DNA of 64,000 bases, taken from positions 143,158,001 through 143,222,000 of the forward strand of contig OX597816.1 of the NCBI GenBank assembly GCA_951406725.2. The letters run 5' to 3'. This document shows positions 26,944 to 39,168 of this stretch, one piece after another (within the stretch, counting starts at the first letter, position 1; each line of letters opens with the position of its first letter). The position numbers and the translations under genes are program-made. Source of the DNA: Octopus vulgaris. Taxonomy: Eukaryota. A model generated the notes under the pieces. The model was given only the letters and a program-made list of their open reading frames with translations. It was not told the DNA's origin and did not search any database.

Positions 26944-28374
26944 GTGTGTGTGTGTGTGTGTAAGCTAAAAAAATACATATCTTACTGATAAACCAAAGGA
27001 TGAAAAAGAGGTTAGGGGAAGGTAAAAAAAAGTCAGAGAAAGTTACAACTCATATTACTTAGCTACATTCATAACTACAAGTTAGATATCTCCAGTTCAG
27101 TAAATTTCACTGATATCAGTACACAAATTTTTTTTTTACATTTGTTCATTAATAATAACGTTATCTGTTGACATGCATCTTTTAACTATAACCAAATTAG
27201 TTTTGAATTATGTTCATATCTTATAGTTTATATTAACGAAGTAGAGATAGTATCAAAGAGATTCTATCTATACTTGAAATTGAACAAAATAATTTATGAT
27301 TAAATTTACAAGCAAAGGTACATGAAACAGTTTTATAAAGAAACAGAACTTTATTATTGTTTAATGTTTATACTACAAGGAAATGCTGTTTTTTCTTTTG
27401 TTAAGTTTACTTTGCATCTACTTAAAATTTGACATAACAAATATGTTTAAAATTTACAAAATATATTGTATCTGTTTTCAAACATCTTATAAATATTTTA
27501 AGAAAATATAATTTTTGAAATCATTATGGGCATGGAAAACATGGAAAAATCAAAACAAGGAAATCTAAGAGAATGCAACAAAGCAGCTGCTCGCTATCCC
27601 AAAAAAGGAGTTCCAGGAATGCTTCCATCAATGGAAACAATACTGGATAAAGTGTGTGACTTAAGGGGGCTACTTCAAAAGAGAGTAAATGCCAAATTGA
27701 TGTGCTGTGGTTTTCTTTTTAGAGCAGCAGTCTCAATACTTTTTGATCAGACCTTGTACACTGTTATAGATAGAGTGGACTAGTGTGATAGCCATTAAGT
27801 GTATAAGAGGTGATGGTCTCCCAATCAGTTGGGCATAATGTGTGTACGTGTGTGTAAGTGTGTGTTTTTTTTTTGTGCAACTGAAGGAGACTAGGTTACT
27901 CTGTGTGTCCTCTTTGAAAGATATCTCATGAAATTGATTCATGACTGACATGTATCTAAGTTGCATATAGATGATACCTCTTCAGAAAAAGTTACTGATG
28001 AGTGACAGTATACTCTGAGTATACTCTGTCATGCTGTATATTTTAAAGAAAATTATTATAGCTGTTGTTGTCATCATTAGCTTAATGATTAACTTTTGTT
28101 AAGAAATAAGGGAGAGACAAAAAAATTTTTAATTAATTGAAAATAGAATATGGGCATGCAAGAGGGAAAGAATCTGACAAACACAGTGCTGTCAATACTG
28201 CCAGATCTAAGATGACTAAAAGATAGAGTTTTAGTGAATAAACACTAAATAGCATGACAACTTACAAGAATGGCCATAATTGAGTAGTTTGGCTATTTCT
28301 AATCCAATAGATGAAATACTGATAGAGATAGACCATAGGAAGACAAATTTTACCAAAAGCTTCTTGTATCTTAA

Positions 28375-30378
28375 CCCCATGACAATGGTTTTCTTTTTAT
28401 CAAGCAACTAGGTTACATTGATGGTAACCATCTCAGCTGAGATCAGCAATTAGGGCATGACAATGGTTTGGCATATATTTACATCAACCGCTTTAGTGCA
28501 AGTACTATTTATTTACCTAAATTATATCTTTGTGCAGGATGCTCATGTGGTATTATTCCTGAATAACATCATTCAACAGCACAAGTTAGATCAACTTCAT
28601 GTATTTACAATCATGTGAATTCAAAACTTGACTTTAGTGTGGTAGACTTCAAAACAGGGTACCACACATAGTGGCATATCACATTGTGAACAATGGTATC
28701 TAGTTTTCTTACATTTCCCTTTTGCTTTACATACTGTGCATCTCTTTGGCAGGTCTGATGCTTCTATCATTTCACAGAACAATAGATTCCTGAATGTCAA
28801 TCTATCCACCACACCATCAAGCATCTGCCAAATCAAATGCGAGTTCACAACACACATGTCAACTATATACAAGAAAATTTTTTTGTACCATTTCACAAAT
28901 TTCCACATCAATTTGTGTGTTGTCACCAGCTGATCTGAGCAATCAACCCTGCCAATCCCTTCATTGTATGAAACAACTACAATTGGTTTCATTATGGCAT
29001 AAACATCCGCATCTTGTTTCCTAGTGTCCTTCATGCTTGTAGAATGCATTGTCACATCATCACTCTAGAGCGAGAATGCCACTATTGGTTCAACAGTATG
29101 CTCTTTCTCCCTTTTGAAGTTTTATCCTGTGAAGATTGAGCAGCATGTTTTTCCTGTGCATCCTCATAGACCCACAGGCATTAGTCTTCCTTACCTGAAG
29201 CTGCAGGATGAGGCCTGGGCTGGAAAACCAATTGTCCATATAAATATTGTAGCTTTTTGTCAGACAAGTTTTTATTCAGCAACAACATGACATCAGTTGA
29301 TGCTAGAGTAGACGCTGAAAGTTCCAATATGTCCTGACTAATGTAGATTTTGTAATTCTACATGTACCCACAGGCTCTGCCAGTTAACTGGCATATTTTA
29401 TAAACCTTGACTCCAAAGTAGGCACGTTTGGTTAGGTTGTATTGTTTGAATCAGAGCCTTCCCTTGAATTTCCACAAACTCTCGTCTGTACAAATGTCTT
29501 GCATGGTGACATACACCGTTCTGAAATTTTCAGCCACTTTGTCAATGATAGAATGTATTTTGTGCAGCCTGTCATCCTGGTTCTCACCTGAGTTGAAATG
29601 TAGATTTAAAAGTACCAAAAATCAATCATGTGGCATTGTTTCCTGAAAGAAAAGTATCAACATGGCTGGATCCCAATTCCAATATGATGCCAGGGTTGGT
29701 TTTTTCATGATGCCCATCAGTATCAGCAGAACAAGCAGAACTTTAATTTCATCCCCTGTGGGTCTGACATGCTAGGGATGGCTTTCAGCATAATCATTCA
29801 TTTCATCCGCTCTATATTGGAACATTCTGTCAAAAACTCATGGAAGATTTCCAAAGGCAAACTTCCATGTTCAAGGTTTGCCTTTATGCCAGGCGTACCA
29901 GTAAACTCATGCTGTTGGATGAAATTGTCTCTCACTCACCACTGCAGCCTGCCTGTACCTTTGATTCACCGGAATATCATCATCACTATCGGAATCATCT
30001 GACACTGAACTAAGAAAATACTCACTCCCCAAGTCATCATCTGAACCCTAAGAAACAACTGGTAAGATGGTGGAGCTTGGTGTAGCTTGGCGCAATGACC
30101 GTAAATTCGACAAAAGAGGACGTGACGATGAAGTTGACAGAGCCAGTGTGGTAGGATGCAACGACCATAAATTCGATGAAGCAGGATGCAACAACGAAGT
30201 TGACAGAACCAGAGTGGTAGGACCAGCCTAAATATTTACATGAAACATCTAATCACCTTATCAGTTGATAGATACTAACTCAAGCAACCAGTTCTTAGTC
30301 AGGCAGCACATAATTACATCAACTGATTTAAAGCATATACATTGCATGCATAAATTTACATCAACCATTTTAAGAGGG
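28375..30378 (-). mobile_element. Degenerate piggyBac (PGBD4-like) transposon with TTAA target duplication
   Basis: TTAA|CCC at 28371 and GGG|TTAA ending at 30382. Transposase pseudogene motifs are ICTDESLWKFKGRL*FKQY..KRAYFGVKVYK, IYMDNWFSSP, YNEGIGRVDCSDQ and the C-terminal RCTVC...TRYHCSQCDMPLCVVPCFEVYH (stop at 28621). Confidence 0.92.
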
Positions 30379-30622
30379 TTAAGCAATCAAAGCTTCTATT
30401 TCATGCAGTTCAAAGTAGAGAGACAACTGATGTGGTGTAAGATAATAGTTTTTCACTAAAATCTGGTTATATCAAAATTGGTATACACACTGAGTTACAT
30501 CAATACTCTCTCTCTAATCACTGTGATTTCTTGAATATTTTCCCTCCTAAGTTCAAGAAAATACAGTGGTTAGAAAGAGAAAGTGATATAAAGTATTCTA
30601 ATAACTCAGTATATATATAGAT

Positions 30623-30627
<5 letters not shown>

Positions 30628-30676
<49 letters not shown>
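30628..30676. repeat. (TG)n microsatellite
   Basis: Pure TG run. Confidence 0.95.
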
Positions 30677-30677
<1 letters not shown>

Positions 30678-33049
30678 ACATGCATGCTAGTGAATGTTGA
30701 GTCACATCATTTTTCAAACCCAAACAAACTTATCAAAAAGTGAGTAATGTTAACAGCAATACTTTTATTTGAAGTCAGTTTTAAATCTAAGATACTGGAA
30801 ATATATATTCAGGAAAATATATGCATAATATGGAAAACAATTAATATTCTTTTCACACAAGGAATAATTAAGATATTTCAAAATATTCTATGTGTACAAC
30901 AAGTAAATAATCTTTTCAATATATGCTTAACAACTGATTAAGTATAGAATAAGTTACTCTTCCACTAGAATGAATGGTTGTACCCTAAGCTCCTTAGCTG
31001 AATGAAGATTGCCTAGCATGACCTAGATTCCTTTAACATTATAAATAATAAAATCCTACTTAATCCTAATGTAAAAAATAAAGACTTTCTCACCCTTTAA
31101 TTTATATTAATTGCAGTCTCCTAGATTTTCATTCATTCATTCATTCACTCACTCATGTATGTATGTATGTATGCATGTACACACACACACATTATATATA
31201 TGTATATATATATACATACACACACACACATTATATATATATACACACATACACACAAACATATAAGCCAACTATAGAGTTCAAGCTATAAGTAGCAATT
31301 GTTGGCAATATAAAAGAAGTGTACAATTTAGACAGCTGACAAGTAATAAATGTAAAATAACCATTAACACCAGACTAGGATTGTCAAACAGTAAATTAGC
31401 AGAATAATAATAAAAAAAGAGAAAGAATAGCACTAAAGCCAAGTGAGAACTAGTGATGGGATATGTCTTCAAAAATCAGTCCATGTGACATAAACAGAGA
31501 TTCTAATTTTTTGGCCTGATCCTTCAATGGAGAGGAAAAAAATGAACAGTTTTGTCTTTACCAAAATGTTTCAATTTTCATCTCCTCATAGCTCACAAAC
31601 ATTCTATTTTATGAACTTTTCTAGCAATATAACATTTGTTTAGTACTACTCCAAGTAGTGTTGACAAATAATGATATAAAAAAACTTAAAGGAAGTCAAT
31701 AAAGAATGTGACACATTAAAGAATATAAAAATACCAAAAATATGAAACTATTTCCATTATACTTCAATGTCAGAAGAATAATTGGTTATATTGTATAGAT
31801 AACAAACAAAAAGTAGCTATTAAAGAGACCAAAAAACAAGCATGCTGTGAAATAGAAGTAAGCTCCTGGTGAGTTAAATTAACAACTTAGACTTTATTTC
31901 CACTTGGCGCTATACCAATTCACATCAATAATACTCTTGAGAAAAGCCTGAACATCACACAATCTCATTTCACTATAAATTTGGAAATATGTACATAGAG
32001 AAAACAACTTTAAATAAAATTTAGTATTACTCACGAGTAATATCTTCCTACTAATACAATTAAAAATTAATTGTATTATTTTAAGTTTAATTAAATTTCA
32101 TTACATGTCCAGCAGCATCATTTAATTTAAAGACAAGAATACATTGATTATTAAATGTTATTTCCATTTAATCAATCACAATTCAAACTAGAAATAAATC
32201 AAGAGAAAATTTTTAATTAATCTAAACATGAAAATTATAGTTAATATGGTGCCAGTATTAATAAGCTAGAAAAATCAAAGTAAATTTTAGAACATTTTAG
32301 AAAAGAATATTTTGATTTTAATATTCACTATTACATTTTACCAGAGTAAGATGAACTAAATAATTACTTGGTTATTTTGCAACAAGTCTCTGCCTCAATT
32401 TGAACCCCTGACTGTTTTCTTTGCAATTAGGCTTTTGTAAACACAAGCAGGCTCTTTCAAATTGACAATTGATATCATGAGAAAAACCAATGACATTCAA
32501 CAGTTACACAACAAACCCACTGACTGACATCAGCAAAAAACCGATGGATCAAATATTATTGGATTACTAATCAGTCTAAGCTCAACTTAAGAGAAGTGAA
32601 CAACAGGCAGATGGTCAGGCAGTCAAGATAGCCAGGAATGAAGGAGTCATACAGTTACAGAGAAAGAAACAAACACAAACATACATCACATTAGGCATAC
32701 TGACAATGTGAATGACCAAATTTATTACTAATCTAAAAATGGCAGGAACACATGCATTCTTCATCTACACACAATCACACAAACTGTCCAACTAAATTTC
32801 TAATACAAGTACAACATTCTCTATTACTCCTTTAATTTCCTTAGATCCTCAATCTCATAATTACAGGATCAGGTCATAATAGTAATCTCACTGCTGCTCC
32901 AGTATTTTGTTAGTTTCTTTTCTTGGAACCATTGTGCTCCACTTCCAACTTTTAACAATAAAACATAAATTGAAAAACTACATACTACTCTTACTACTTT
33001 CATCATTGATAAATTAATCTTATTATTAAAACATCATCCTAAGATCTGT

Positions 33050-33620
33050 TGTAATGGAGAAACAAAAAAGGTTTATCAGAGTTGCAATTAAGAACTGTCC
33101 AACTATACAGAATGAAATACATTTTTTGAGCTACAGTGCAGAAGTTGATTCTTCAACAACTGGTGCTCACTATACTATATATCTTCAATGAAACTGGTGA
33201 CCATCCTTCATCAGGACAGTTGTGAAAAATTTATGAAAGAAAGGACTGTTTGTTGAAGAAGAATTTAAAAAATGGCTACCATCAAAATTGACAAAAGATG
33301 TTTGGGCTTGTGGAACATGTTTCACATAAGAAGTCATTTATTTCTCTAAAAAGCAGATATGTCCACTGTCCATTTGCTCAGACATTGTCAGACTAATGAT
33401 TTGAAATTTAACTGGTTTGGCTCCAATGGTTGACTGCATCTCCAGTGTCATACAGAAGAATAATTCTACCTGGAGTGCATGAAACCCAATAGTTAAGCAA
33501 GGTGTGGAATGTTCTCATGCATCATCAGATCAAGGGCATCATGAACGCTTAACATAATTTCCTATTCAGAAATTATGGAGAAGACTAGGCTTCCAGAGAC
33601 CTGGAGTCTTTTGGGAAGGT
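33050..33620 (+). pseudogene. Possible very old Tc1/mariner transposase relic
   Basis: Only weak remnants, such as an SP...FYLECMKP-like segment. I could not recognise TIRs. Confidence 0.3.
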
Positions 33621-34009
33621 CAGCGATTTCTCAATATAACAATAACACAAAGCATTATATACAGCCAGCCTGCACAGTCAATGATAATTTGACAATAAGT
33701 AACAGAAGCATCAGCTTTTGCCAGTAAGGACACAAGGACACACTGACATCTTCATGAACCTCTTAGTCATAAACCAGTAGAACAGTCAAGATGGGGCAAC
33801 TGGAAGAGAGGGCTACACCTATACCAGACTAATCTTTTTCTTTTTTTACTCTGAATGCATGAAAAACAAAGTTGCCCTTCACAGGATTTGAATTAAGAGC
33901 ACAAAGAGCTTGAACAAATATTGCAACCTATTCAATGTTCTAATAATTCAGCTACATTGAACCAAATCATAGTGCAGCAATTATAAAGGCATTTATGAAA
34001 AAGCAGAAG

Positions 34010-34320
34010 TCATCATCTTCATTTAATGTCCATCTTCTATGCATGCATGGGTAGGATGGATAAGAGGAACTGGCCAGGTAGAAAAAATACCCTAGGCTAC
34101 TATATCTGTTTTTTACGGCCAAATGCCCTTCTGAACACTAACCACTCTGCAGAATGGACTCAGAGCTTTTTACATGGCATTAGCACAGGTGAGATTAGTT
34201 TTGACATGATTTTTACAGCTGGATGCTCTTCTAAATGCTAACCACATTAGTGTGGACTGGATGCTTTTAACGTGGCACCAGCACTTGCAGGATAACCAAG
34301 TAACTCACAAAACAAGGAAT
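34010..34320 (-). repeat. RTE-related 3'UTR copy with an internal duplication, followed by a GA-rich tract
   Basis: (CAT) tail and two copies of the ggatgc(c/t)cttc...aaccac motif near 34120 and 34220. Confidence 0.7.
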
Positions 34321-36264
34321 TATGAGAGTGGCAGGGGCATTTGAGAAGGGGAACTTGTGTCAGAGGATGAAAGGTTAGAATGTGACAAAGAGACAGAAGC
34401 AGATGTCTTGCACAACAGAGGGGGCATTAGAGGATCCAGTAGATCCAGTGCTCCAGTAGATGATGAAAGGTTAGAGTGTGATAGAGAAATAGAGAGGCAG
34501 AAATAGGTATCTTACTATAGAGAAGGTACATGGTTACCCAGTGAGAGAGAGAGAGGTGGGTACAAGAAAGAGGCCAGAAACAAGTGTGCTGATGTAAAGG
34601 AGATACTTGGTTACATAGTCAGAGAATAGAAATTAGAATCCAGTGAATAACATGATTATATAGTCAGAAAATGGGAAGAATTTTTAGATAAGAGATAAAA
34701 CTTAGTTTCAATCCCATGTAGATGTCATCCCATTTTGAGAAATTTCAGGTACCCAACCAAACATTAGATTCACATTTTATTCTTACCCAACCAAGCATTA
34801 AATCCACATTTTATTCTCCTCAAACTTTAGCTTACATTGCATCTTGTAAAAAAAAATAACATGCTTTAAATGTTCTTAAATTAAGTGGCATTCGTTTTTG
34901 TGGTGTTATTGATATGGTCCCTTGCATGACACTATCTAAAATCTTTATGCTTAACTTTATATTATTTAAAAGAATAAAAAAAAGATTTTCTGCTCATGTA
35001 CAGTTTGATTCATAAGTGGTTAAATAAAGACAAATAATTAGCATTTAACCATCAGAATACTACTCTTGTTTTTAAATTATGTGATGCCACTATAGATAAA
35101 AGGCCTTGCTACAATTTAAAATTAGAAAGTTAAAACACTAAATTGATAATGATTTATCCCTTTGGGACTCACTGTTGTTATTACATTATTTCTAGCTAAA
35201 CAGCTAGAAGTAGATAGATAAGAGTTTTGTTCAAGAACACAGTACTGCAAATGAACATGACGAAACTGCAATTCTAATCAACTGATTATTAAATATGTAC
35301 AAAACTAAAATATAAAACCAATTCTGTTATTAAATTTTGAAGTAATTGTTTATGGCTGTTAGAGAGGAAACTCTTTTCACCAAGAATCAACAAGTTGACT
35401 TAGGTTGCTTGTATTCTTGGCAAAAGTAGGGCAGCCACAATATTAAATATTCCCGTCCTCTATAATATAAACAGGATCCTGAATTTGATCAAAGGAAATT
35501 AATATTTTTTTTCACTGATTTTCAATTTTCAATTTCAATTCACTTGTGTATTTTTTGTACCCTTGGCTAACATATAAATGTCAGAACATCCATAGAAATG
35601 TTATGGTTTGTGCCTAAATATAAAATCAACTTCAGTAATTAATTGTGCTGCTTTGTTTCCATCACAAACCCATTATGTCAATTGATTAAGAACAAAGGCT
35701 TCAATAATAGCTTATTATAAATAGATTAAGGACAAGTTAACTAAGACACTTAGATTAGCACAACACTAATATAATGATTTTTAGATATTAATCAAATCAA
35801 GATATAAACAATTGTAAACAGATATTTGCAATACAATTTTAATTTACCTATCACTAAAGCAAAATAAAATTATGCCTAGTGTACTACCAAGGACATCAAG
35901 CTAATGAAATACCCTCTACATTTTATTTACTTTCATGCACATTTTATGTTCTCATATTTACAAAGCATTTGGTTTAAAAAATCTGAATATGTATTTATGT
36001 TCAATCCTAGTTTCTGTCACTAATACAAAATTAAAACTAAAAAAATTCTAAGGTTTTTATTTTAGCATTGTTGCTGTACTCTAATCCTGTCAAAGCTCCC
36101 TATGACACTATCAAGATGAAGAAGCTGCAGAAAAAGGAAAAAAAAGAAAAAAACCAGGCTTAACTCCATATTAAGAATGTATGTTATTACCCACTTCTGT
36201 CACTGTAGAAAGTAATTTTAGAGGTATGAAGCATGTTTCTTGCCTTTTCTTTTACATTTTAAAT

Positions 36265-37187
36265 ATAAGTTGTGAGAATAAGAAAAGGCTGAACAAAGTT
36301 CAGAGAGCTCCTACCTCTACTGGCAACAAAGGGCCTTTCCCTCAGAGTGAAAGGCAGATTGTATGGTACTTGTGTGTGAACAGCTATGCCACATACCAGT
36401 GAAACATGGACTGTGACAGCCAAGGACATGTGTAGGCTTGAAAGAAATGAAGCCAGTATACTTTGCTGAATGTACAATGTCAGTGTGCATGTTCAACAGA
36501 ATGTAATCATCTTGAGAGAAAAGATAGGCATAAGAGGCATCAGATGTGGTGTGCAAGAGAGACAACTGTGCTGGTATGGTCATGTGATGCATATGGACAA
36601 GGACAGCTGTGTAAAAAAAAGTGCCAATCTCTAACTGTGGAGGGAACCTGTGGTAGAGGTAGACCTAGGAAGACATGGGATGAGGTGGTGAAGCATGATC
36701 TTCAAACTTTGGGCTTCATAGTGGCAATGACTAGTGTTTGAGATTTTTGGCAATATGCTGTGATTAAGAAGACCTGTCAAGCCAAGTGAAATTGAAGTCA
36801 TGGTTGATGTTGGTGTCACGTAACTGGCACCCATGCCAGTGGTACATAAAAAGTGTTGGGCCTCACAGAGGTAAAGTAGCTGAGCTCCTTTTGAGAGTTG
36901 GGCCTCATGGAGGCAATGACCTTTGGCCTTATGTTGTGCTTCAGAAGACCCATCAAGCTGAGCTAAATCACAATTGTAGCAGATACTGGTGTCATGCAAA
37001 TGGCATCAATGCTGGTGGCATGTAAAAGCACCCATTACACACTTGGAGTGGGTGGCATTAGGAAGGGCATCTAGCCATAGAAACCATGCCAAATCAGCCT
37101 TCCATTTTGTCAACCCTGGTCAAACCATCCAACCCATGCCAGCATGGACAACAGACATTAAATGATGATGATGACGATGATGATGGT
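36265..37187 (+). mobile_element. 5'-truncated RTE LINE, older copy
   Basis: KFRELLPLLATKG...RVKGRLY, GTCGRGRPRKTWDEVVKHDL, 3'UTR and (GAT)n tail at about 37163-37187. Confidence 0.9.
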
Positions 37188-37381
37188 GAAAATTATGAAG
37201 ACAACAGCAAATAAATTCTATTTACAATTCAAGGATTTTGAGAAAAAAGAAAGAAAATAAGTAGATAGATATAGAGAAGTGCCTGGCTCTGATACCTTTT
37301 CTCTCTACCTGTTATTAATACTCATGCTATTATCACTTCTATAAATCAGTGTGTTTGACTTTAAAAAAAAAAACATAGATG

Positions 37382-37550
37382 TAGGTGCAGGAGTGGATGT
37401 ATGGTAAATAGCTTGCTTACCAACCACATGGTTCCAGTTTCATTCCCACTGCATGGCACCTTGGGCAAGTGTCTTCTACGATAGCCTTGTGAGTGGATTT
37501 GGTAGACGGAAACTGAAAGAAGCCCATCATATATATGTATATATATACAT
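37382..37550 (+). mobile_element. SINE family C, 5' half (split by an RTE insertion)
   Basis: Matches 43983-44170 up to the (TA)n tract. Confidence 0.85.
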
Positions 37551-37551
37551 A

Positions 37552-38939
37552 AGTAGAAAGGTAGGCAATCCACAAATGTCCTCAGGAAGATGGCCCTGCT
37601 CGATCTGTAGAAAAGGTGTAGGTAGAAACTCTATAAGATGTACCCAGTGTAAGCTATGGACACATAAGAGGTGCAGCAATGTCAAAGGTAGGCTAACTGG
37701 GAAGACAGTCTTTATATGTGGCAGATGCTCGGGAGCATTGACCTCCGAAAATCTGCAGAAAACAACTTCCGTCACTTTCCAGGGGGAAAAATTAGAAGTA
37801 GTTGATAGCTTCCGTTATCTAGGTGACCAAGTCAGTAGTGGGGGTGGGTGCGCTGAGAGTGTAACTGCTAGAATAAGAATAGCCTGGGCAAAGTTTAGGG
37901 AGCTCTTACCTCTGCTGGTGACTAAAGGCCTCTCGCTCAGAGTAAAGGGCAGACTGTATGATGCATGTGTTCGAACTGCCATGCTACATGGCAGTGAAAC
38001 ATGGGCCGTGACTGCTGAGGACATGCGTAAGCTCATGAGGAATGAAGCCAGTATGCTTCGATGGATGTGTAATGTCAGTGTACTTACTTGACAGAGTGTT
38101 AGTTCCCTAAGAGAAATGTTGTACCTAAGAAGCATCAGTTGTTGCGTGCAAGAGAGACGATTGCGATGGTATGGTCATGTGGCGAGAATGGATGAAGATA
38201 GGTGTGTGAGAAAGTGCCAATCCCTAGCAGTTGAGGGAACCCGTGGAAGAGGTAGACCCAGGAAAACCTGGGACGAGGTGGTGAAGCACGACCTTCGAAC
38301 ATTAGGTCTCACCATGGAAATGACCAGAGACCGAGACCTATGGAAGTATGCTGTGCGTGAGAAGACCCGGCAAGACTAGTGAAGCCATAACCCGTGGCCC
38401 CTACCTGGGACGTAGTCAGTCCGCCTGTGCATACCTTCCTGCTTGTGACACTTGTGAAAGACCTGTTGAGGCAAGTCAAATCAAAGTCAAATCGAATCAA
38501 GTCAAACCAAATCAAAATAGATGAACATCAATGGAATTTGTATCCTTGTGGTACCAGTGCCGGTGGCACATAAGAAAACCATCCGAACGGGACCGTAGCC
38601 AGTACCGCATCGACTGGCCTCCGTGCTGTGGGCACGTAACAAACACCGTCCGAGCGTGGCCGTCTGCCAGCCTCGTCTGGCACCTGTGTCGGTGGCACGT
38701 AAAAACACCATCCGAGCGTGGCCGTCTGCCAGCCTCGTCTGGCACCTGTGTCGGTGGCACATAAAATCACCCACTACACTCTCGGAGTGGTTGGCGTTAG
38801 GAAGGGCATCCAGCTGTAGAAACACTGCCAGATCTGACTGGCCTGGTGCAGCCTTCGGGCTCCCCAGACCCCAGTTGAACCGTCCAACCCATGCTAGCAT
38901 GGAAAGCGGACGTTAAACGATGATGATGATGATGATGAT
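37552..38939 (+). mobile_element. Young 5'-truncated RTE LINE with a PHD finger in the RT region
   Basis: Reading frame WPCSICRKGVGRNSIRCTQCKLWTHKRC...FICGRC...VDSFRYLG...LHGSETW...RLRWYGHV...GRGRPRKTW has only one internal TGA (38089-38091) and ends at 38379. It has a CpG-rich 3'UTR with 62-bp repeats and a (GAT)n tail. Confidence 0.95.
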
Positions 38940-39168
38940 ATATGCATGTGTGTATATATGTTTGTATGTCTGTGTTTGTCCCCCCCCCCACATCACTTGA
39001 CAACTGATGGTTGTTTGTTTACGTGCCCGTAACTTAGCAGTTCAGCAAAAGAGAGTGATAGAATAAGTACTAGGCTTCCAAAGAATAAGTCCTGGGGTCG
39101 ATTTGCTTGACTAAATGCGATGCTCCAGCATGGCCACAGTCAAATGACTGAAACAAGTAAAAGAGTAG
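38940..39168 (+). mobile_element. SINE family C, 3' half
   Basis: tgtgtttgtc...acttagcagttcagcaaaagaga...atggccacagtcaaatgactgaaacaagtaaaagagta matches 44180-44370. Confidence 0.88.

Noticed and set aside
27526-27783. 85-aa plus-strand ORF
   Set aside because: No recognisable motif or splice support, and it is antisense within the intron.
37453-38091. Longest ORF (212 aa) as a host PHD-finger gene
   Set aside because: It is a SINE-derived start fused to a truncated RTE ORF with multiple homologous copies in the window.
38502-39003. Cluster of overlapping ORFs on both strands
   Set aside because: By-product of the GC-rich tandem repeats in the RTE 3'UTR.
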